Below, piece by piece: positions 56,996 to 64,000 of a stretch of 64,000 bases of DNA. Source of the stretch: Eledone cirrhosa (taxonomy: Eukaryota); the NCBI GenBank assembly GCA_964016885.1, contig OZ024741.1:313348001-313412000 (forward strand), read 5' to 3'. A program made the position numbers and the translations under genes. The notes under the pieces are model-generated. The model saw nothing but the letters and a program-made list of their open reading frames with translations, did not search any database and was not told the origin of the DNA. Positions within the stretch are counted from its first letter, which is position 1, and each line of letters begins with the position of its first letter.

Positions 56996-57239
56996 CCTTT
57001 CAAGGATTTACACAAATCCAGCCTCCAGTCATTTCATTATAATATATATTAATATATATATAGTTATACTTGAGGAGGGTCATATTGTAATAATTTTGCC
57101 ATAAATAATAACAGAACACACCCACTCTTTGTTTGGTTTTCGCTTTTGTATGTTTTATATCTCCATAGTTAATTCAGTCAGCTATCAATGTATATAATTG
57201 ATTGACCAACGGTCAAACATACAGATATAAATACATATA

Positions 57240-59420
57240 TATAGTCTAAAAAAGTTCTTTCATTGCACATCTGCAACTTAATCAGTGGTACTATTATATA
57301 TCTCCCGCCCCCTGTTGTATTGTAAGTCTATGCCATTTTTATTTATATGTTTATTTATTTATTTTTATTTATTTTTGTATTCGTCCCTGCGCATGCGTTT
57401 GCGTGAGTGTATAGTGTTTGGTGTGTGTGTTCGCGTTTGGGTGACTATGTTTTGATTATTGTATTCTTTATTAGTGTGTTTTTATGTGTTTCTTGTTATT
57501 GTGCTTGTCTATGTTTAGATATTATTTTAATTTCTATGGTGTCTATGTTACCGTCATGTTGTAGTCTGGCATGTTCGTAGGAACAGAACCTTTTTTTCTT
57601 CTTTTAATTCCTCCCAATGTTGGTCTATACTTTCTCCTATGCATCGAGCTGTCTCGCCTATGTATGGTATTGTCATGTTTCTGCAAGTAGCCTCTGTACA
57701 TCTTATGCTATAGACTACATTTCTAGTTTTACAGTTTATCTGGGGGTTTACTTTACATATAGCATATTTCTTATTAGTACTGTGGGTTTTCTTAAAAGGG
57801 TGTGTATTGCTGATCAGGGATTTCGTGGTAGTTCCTGGTTTTTCGAAAACTTTAATCTATAAGTGGGTCTTTCTCATGGCCTTTCTACATTGGTTAGCTA
57901 ATTTCCCTCCAGGGGTAGCGTCTACGTATATGACACTCTGGTATCTTTGGTTGTGGTACCATGAGGTGGCTTTGCCTATCTTCTGTTTAGTACTATCTAA
58001 GCTATTCCATGATTTGCTCCTGTATAATGGGCAAATTCCTTTCGTGTCCAGTTCTATGAGGGTCTTATACTTCTCACTGGTTCCTTTGTATACTCTGATT
58101 CTGTCTCTTTGGTTGTAGCCAGAAGAATACATGCGCTTTATGAAGTGTTGGATGTGTCTTTCCATTTATTTTGGGTCGCACATGCGGGACACGTTCTTCA
58201 TCACTCGTACCAAGTCTGCGATCAGAATATTAAACTTACCACTACTAAACATTGCTGAGTATTTGACTAACATGTATTTGGAGGCCATTGGTTTAGCGCA
58301 GTGTGAGTGGGGAATTTTGGCCCTCTCGTATATACTGTTAATCCAGAGTTCCGTGTCTAATACAGGTGGTCTATTATTAGTCTGATTGGAAGGGTATTCA
58401 ATAGTTACAGTTATATTCTGGTGTATGGCGTTAGCTATCTACTGGATTATTTCCATCGTGCTATATTCTAATTTATATTCGTTAGTACTCTCTTGTGGCG
58501 GTGTCCGTATTACTATGTTAATATTGTCTACGTAACGAGAGTGCATGATGTGGTCTATGGAACTCTCTTCAAGGAGATTTTTGAGTGTCATTTCCTACCA
58601 AACCATAAACAGGTTGGCAACATCGCTAGCTATTCTGATCCAAATGGCTGATGCCTCATTTGGGTGTATATCTTTACGTTGAATTTGAATATATAGGCTT
58701 TTAGGGTAGTATTAATACTAGCCTCAATTGCATACGCAACAATTTTTCTTACCTGATCATTGTTTTGGGGTGTTGTTATGGCTTTCATCCACCCAATTCA
58801 CGCTCCCATGGGACTCCATTGAGGTTATGGTGGTGGGTCTACCTCTTATGGGTCTACTAGGGCAGAAACGGCTAAGAACACGGCTGTCTAGGTACTCGGT
58901 GTCATAGGTAAGTCTAAGTAGGAGGCCTAGTTCATCTGTGTCGACGTCGCAGATCTCAACCTCACTCTCACTGATTATCTCCACACATGTTTCCACAGAA
59001 AAATCAATGTTAATAGATGGGTATAGAGATACAACCTCCATACTGCGTATTATGGAGTTAGATAGGTTTTTGTTTTTGTTGCGCTCATTGATTCTGCTGA
59101 GGAGATCTTCTGTACTGTCACATAAATCTGGGGACATTTTCTTTATGGGGCGTATAACCACTGAGAGCCACTAGGAGATCCTGTAGTGGCTAGCGATATT
59201 GGCTCCGCATACAAGTCTTGTTGGTGGTCATGTCGTCGGGTCGTCGTGTATCTTATTGTCTTTGCGGAGCACATAGCACAAGGGTGGTATGTCATTGTTA
59301 GACGCGTCGATGTTCTTAGAAGTGGGTCTGCTTGGCTTTAGGATGTCGGTCCTCATCATCATGTGAGCGTTGACGATCTCCTCTCACTCCTCATGTCTTT
59401 GTTGTGTAATTTAGCCTTGC
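57240..59420 (-). mobile_element. Decayed Neptune-like PLE-E, copy 2
   Basis: Paralog of 17770-19925 with the same flanks; VVSLYPSI, SRYVD motifs. Confidence 0.8.
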
Positions 59421-59927
59421 AATATATTTGTCTGTACGTGTGTGTGTGTGTCTGTGTGTTTATATACATGTATATACAGTATATATTATATATATGTAAA
59501 AGGTAAACAGAAATAACAAGACAATCGGTGCAGTATATGGAAGGGATATATTAGGTTAACGTTTGATATAGCAGGAATAAGGTCTAAGCATTTTGGACAC
59601 TAGTCCTTCATTAGAAGAGGGAATGAGAAATAAAATAGATTGAGGGGACGGTTGGATTTGAATTGGAAAAAATGTCCTTAGATAAAAATAACAGTTTCTT
59701 ATAATATTGTTTGTTTCTTTTAGAATTTTTTTTTAACATTGCATTTAACTAAACTAAAAATCGATGTATATTTTATAGTGGATCGATATAATATTCAATA
59801 AATATATAAGTTCATTTGTTTATCACAAGGACAATATAATCTGAAAATTTCGTTTGAAATTGTATCATTGATATTTGTATGTAATTAATGATATCTTCAA
59901 CATTATCATAATTATTGATAGTTTTAG

Positions 59928-60062
59928 AATGCCAGGCAGGAACGTTTGGTGCTGCTTCTAAAGGGACTTGCCATTGTATCAACAATATTAACTGTAACAA
60001 GCGAAATGGAACATGTTTAGATGGATGTTCTGCAGGTTATATTGGTGTCAATTGCCAAGAAG
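59928..60062 (+). CDS. EGF-like repeat exon 10 (7 Cys, weak donor)
   Basis: ECQAGTFGAASKGTCHCINNINCNKRNGTCLDGCSAGYIGVNCQE; second Cys>Ser; donor GTTTTT; may be decaying. Confidence 0.55.
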
Positions 60063-60112
60063 GTTTTTCATAAAATTGTTACGTACTTACTATACACACA
60101 CTCCGACACACA

Positions 60113-60172
<60 letters not shown>

Positions 60173-60329
60173 CACACACACACACACAAGCACACACACA
60201 CATGTATTCATATATATTTATTCATACAAAAAAAATGTATATATATACCGTATATTCCGGTGTAAAAGTTGATCTGCTGAATATGTCGATAATTACTGTA
60301 CACACACACACACACAAACACACACACAA

Positions 60330-60404
<75 letters not shown>

Positions 60405-60957
60405 TATATATATATGTATATATACATTTATATATATACCGTATATGCCGTTTTAAAAGTTGATCGGCTGCATAGATTGACCCATCAAATGTTGTGGTGT
60501 AATTCAGGTTGAGGCCTATATACGCCGGTTGAGACGAGCCCCCAGGTATAAGGCATTAACATATTCCCAGCCGTAGATATGCTTGCCGTTGTTTATTTGC
60601 ACAAAATATAAAATATGGAAGTAAGCACTAAATAGTTGTAAAATAAAAATGCATGTGAAGAACGTTTAGTTTTGAACATTTATTTTCAGTTAATAAAATA
60701 ATTTAACTGAACTGTTTTATTAGTAAACAACATGCTACCATACCGTCACTTAATAAGCAGAAATTTAAAAAAACCTAAATATTCCTTATCCAATGTGTAT
60801 CAGCATTACATGGCGATATATTTTTATTTCGACCTGTTATGTTTCGTGGGTAAAATACAGCAGATTTTCCGACAGTTTAGATAAATCAGTGAATCAGTAT
60901 ACCATTAATCTTATAACTATGATATTCATGATAACATTATATATATATATATATATA

Positions 60958-61693
60958 TATAATTGGAGTCTTAGTAAAATCGAAACTTTGGCGGTGTGCA
61001 AGCAAATTCCATCTACGATATGAATGAGTTAGCAAAGCACTCGACAAGATAGGTCCTTAGAGTAATAACATACGTTTAAATAGCTTGACAAATTGAACAT
61101 TGTGGTAGGCAAAATCTAACACACCATACCAAAGTAACGAAAGACCTAACAGGTTTAGAAAATAAACCTGGACGAATCAAACATTATACGTTTCAAGTGT
61201 TTCTATGAATCCGAAATCTAATATCAGACTTACGTAGATGGCAAGTTCGTGGTATTCATGATCGAACAGAGGACTCATTTTATCAACAAGTATTTCGTTC
61301 TAACAAAGAACGGGGCGAAACAATGGATGGTGCCGCTAACTGCAGCTATTCGAACATTCAGTTGTCCCGTATTATTTCCAACAAGGGAAATAACCCCCGG
61401 TTTTGGGGCGGGTCATTCAAAGTGTTAGACAAAGGAAATATTATAATTTCCGCTAATATTCAGAATAAGCTGTCAACCAGATGTTATTAAACAAACACAA
61501 ATAATTAACCAATCAACAGAATTGTCTAATTAAATTAATTAGTTAATTATTAAATCTAGGAGAAAATAATATAATTGGAGGCTTAGTAAAATCGAATCTT
61601 TGGCGGTGTGCAAGCAATTTCGACCTACGATATGAATGAGTTAGCAAAGCACTCGACAAGGTAGGTCCTTAGAGTAATAACAAACGTTTAAAT
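60958..61693. mobile_element. Non-coding element with terminal direct repeats, copy 2
   Basis: Repeats ~60958-61082 and ~61571-61693; same site as copy 1 relative to the preceding exon. Confidence 0.7.
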
Positions 61694-61706
61694 ATATATA
61701 TATATA

Positions 61707-64000
61707 CTAGCAGATTTACCCGGCGTTGCTCGGGGTTTAAAATTATGCTAAGAATATACAGCTTGGAAGTAAAAGAAGAATATTATGTGTCCCCAACCTG
61801 TCAAAATAAGCAGAAGAATTAATGCTAACGAATATGGTTTGCAATCTTTGTACACATAAAACTATGCTGATAATGAAGGAAAACACTGAAAAGGATGTAG
61901 TTATACAAATGATTAAAGACAATACACGTTGCAAATCTTTAAAAAAAACAGGCAGTTTTGCTAAAGTACAAACAGTTGTAATGAAAGCAGAGTTGTATAC
62001 AAACAAAAAAAACAATGAGAGTAGAATAAGAGAAAATCTATTCTTTGAGAGCATCTTTTGCTGTGTATGGTTACATTTCTAACTTGTAATCCAAAATATC
62101 CGGCATGACATATTCATTGGTATGTTTTGTAATGAGTAAGATGAAGTCAAGGCAGAGTTGTAATAAGTTTGTTTTGTTAACTCTAAAGCACTTTAGGATA
62201 GACGATATTCTTTGTTTTTCTTTTCGGAAGAAACGCAAAGAGATTATCTCGACTGCCAACTCGTGAGCGGGCAACGTAGAATTGTCCGTGCGAAAAGCAA
62301 GGTTCATCCAAGTGAATTCCAGCGACGGACAGAGTTTGACCTTGCGACTTGTTTATGGACATCGCAAAGGCAACATGAAGGGGAAATTGGTTTCGGCGAA
62401 AGGAGAAGTGAGTATCCACGCCTGATGTAGTTAGGCTAAATTTTGTTATTATCACATCCTCACCTTTCCACATCTGGATAGAATGGTAACGTCAATACTA
62501 AGTGGAGACAGTTTTTTAACCACAAGGCGTGTACCATTGCATAGTTTTGAAGGAGTAATATTTCTCAGCAAAATAACTGGTATTCCCTCTTTCAGAACCA
62601 AATTATTAGGAGGTAAACCAGGAGGATTTAAATATTTCATAAATTCAACTGGATAATTGACCGCATCTTGTGGATCACATACAGTATCAATAGATTTATA
62701 TATCCGTGGACATCCACGAAGAAGCAGAAGAAGCTGATCGTTAATACAGCTAACTGTGATATTTTTGGGTGCAAGTATGACTCTTTCGCATAGCCAATCA
62801 AGATTCGTATAGTTATCACGCAAGTTCGGGAATACATTCGCCTTGAGATCATCGACAGTTTCAACTATATTGCAGATGTGATCAATTGCTATGTGTCCAT
62901 CTGTATCCGGAGGTAGGTTACCATCTCCTATTGTAAGAATGTCTCCAGAAAATGTTGATGACAGAGGGTCCCCAAGCAATCTTGCACGTATGTTGGTAGA
63001 TGGTCTTAATGATGTCACTTGTCGCCACAATGGTGGAGACTTAAGACACGCATTTACCGCATCTGCTCTTGTTCCTTTCGGTATTATAGGAAGAGTCTGT
63101 CTGAAGTCTCCTGATAGCAGAAGGGTGGCACCCCCCCCCCATAACATCACTGCAATCCCGTATGTCTTGCAAAGACCTGTCTAATGCCTCAAGAGCACCT
63201 TTGTGCGCCATTGTGCACTCATCCCAAACAATAAGGTGACACCTTCGCAGCAGATAAGCCCTTTCGGCGTCTTTTGTGATATGACAAGTAGGAGTTTCCA
63301 ATTTTGCCAAATCACTGGGCAATTTAAAAACTGGATGTGCCGTCTTTCCACCAGGGAGCAAAGTTGCTGCGATTCCAGAGGACACAACTGCTATTGCTAT
63401 GTCCTTATTCTGTCTTACCTTTGCAAGAAGAGGTTTAGTAACGAAAGTTTTTCCTGTCCCCCCTGGAGCATCGAGGAAAAATATGCCACCTCTTCTTTGA
63501 AATACCAATTCAGAAATGGTGGTAAAAGCCCGTCGCTGATCAGCTAGAAGCTTTGGCTCATTATCTGTGACGTAGAGGCTGAGATCATGGATGTCATAAG
63601 AAGTCTCCTGTATGATATATGTGGGAAGTTTGTTTGAGACTGTGCGATGAGTTTCTGGTAAACCGTAGTAACGTAAAAGCTTTCCTCCAATCAGAGCTAA
63701 CTTGTCCTCAATATCAATGAGAGCTCGCAAGGTCAGCAAAATACCGCAATAAATTTCTTAGGCTGGCAGGTGAATGTGAAAGAGCAACTTCCGCCATCAT
63801 TGCACCCCACTGCGAACCATCTTCCAGCAATCCACGCCTCAAACATGCCTTTGTGTATGTTGGAAGAACTTTTCCGTCTAAAGTTCGGAGATCATCAAAG
63901 CAGGTAGATCCACTGCCCTCATGTAGTAGCATGCGAAGATGGAAGCACTCGTTTGGTTTGGAGGCACAGTATAAACTCTGCCCAACTACTCGTTGAACTT
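61707..64000 (-). mobile_element. Helitron (RepHel-encoding), 3' part; continues past the window
   Basis: 3' end on minus: hairpin cccgagcaacgccggg (61719-61734) then CTAG|T; PIF1-family helicase upstream. Confidence 0.93.
62183..64000 (-). pseudogene. Helitron RepHel C-terminal PIF1-like helicase, frameshifted
   Basis: DAPGGTGKT, SSGIAATLL, WDE, GDFRQTLP, LCNGTRL, QFPL..AMSINKSQGQTL, SHGQFYVA spread over ORFs 63714..63932, 63041..63739, 62452..63150, 62183..62473. Confidence 0.9.

Larger units (their letters stand above)
54740..57045 (+). mobile_element. Non-coding PLE-type element with inverted pLTR
   Basis: ~54875-55335 is inverted relative to ~56580-57045; both arms carry a hammerhead; TA-rich flanks; no RT seen. 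Confidence 0.7.

Noticed and set aside
62183-64000. Host PIF1 helicase gene
   Set aside because: Intronless, frameshifted and followed by a Helitron hairpin plus CTAG terminus.

Overview
AT-rich eukaryotic (animal) genomic DNA, dense in (TA)n/(CA)n microsatellites. The SINE and repeat landscape suggests a mollusc, probably an octopus-type cephalopod; this is an inference from recall, not a search. The window lies inside one + strand host gene and holds a tandem array of ten 135-bp, phase 1-1 exons or exon relics, each encoding one 8-Cys EGF-like repeat of the MEGF10/Draper/SREC type. Five are fully intact, one has lost a Cys, three have dead splice donors, one is truncated, and one further unit appears to have lost its exon. 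The array grew by tandem duplication of exon plus intron, including four ~5.3-kb units that carry an RTE fragment and an already-dead Penelope-like element (PLE), and an older ~40-kb-spaced block duplication. Two sister exons differ only at non-synonymous sites, while two distant exons are identical. The introns hold at least 7 PLE families (Naiad-like CxCx5C and Neptune-like), mostly inserted in (TA)n and often with inverted 5' ends that form long hairpins. Their pLTRs carry type I hammerhead ribozymes, each family with its own 6-nt palindrome in stem III. Also present are SINEs with TSDs, a foldback element, two non-autonomous Helitrons and the 3' part of a RepHel Helitron. TE boundaries are approximate; exon and ribozyme coordinates were counted by hand.
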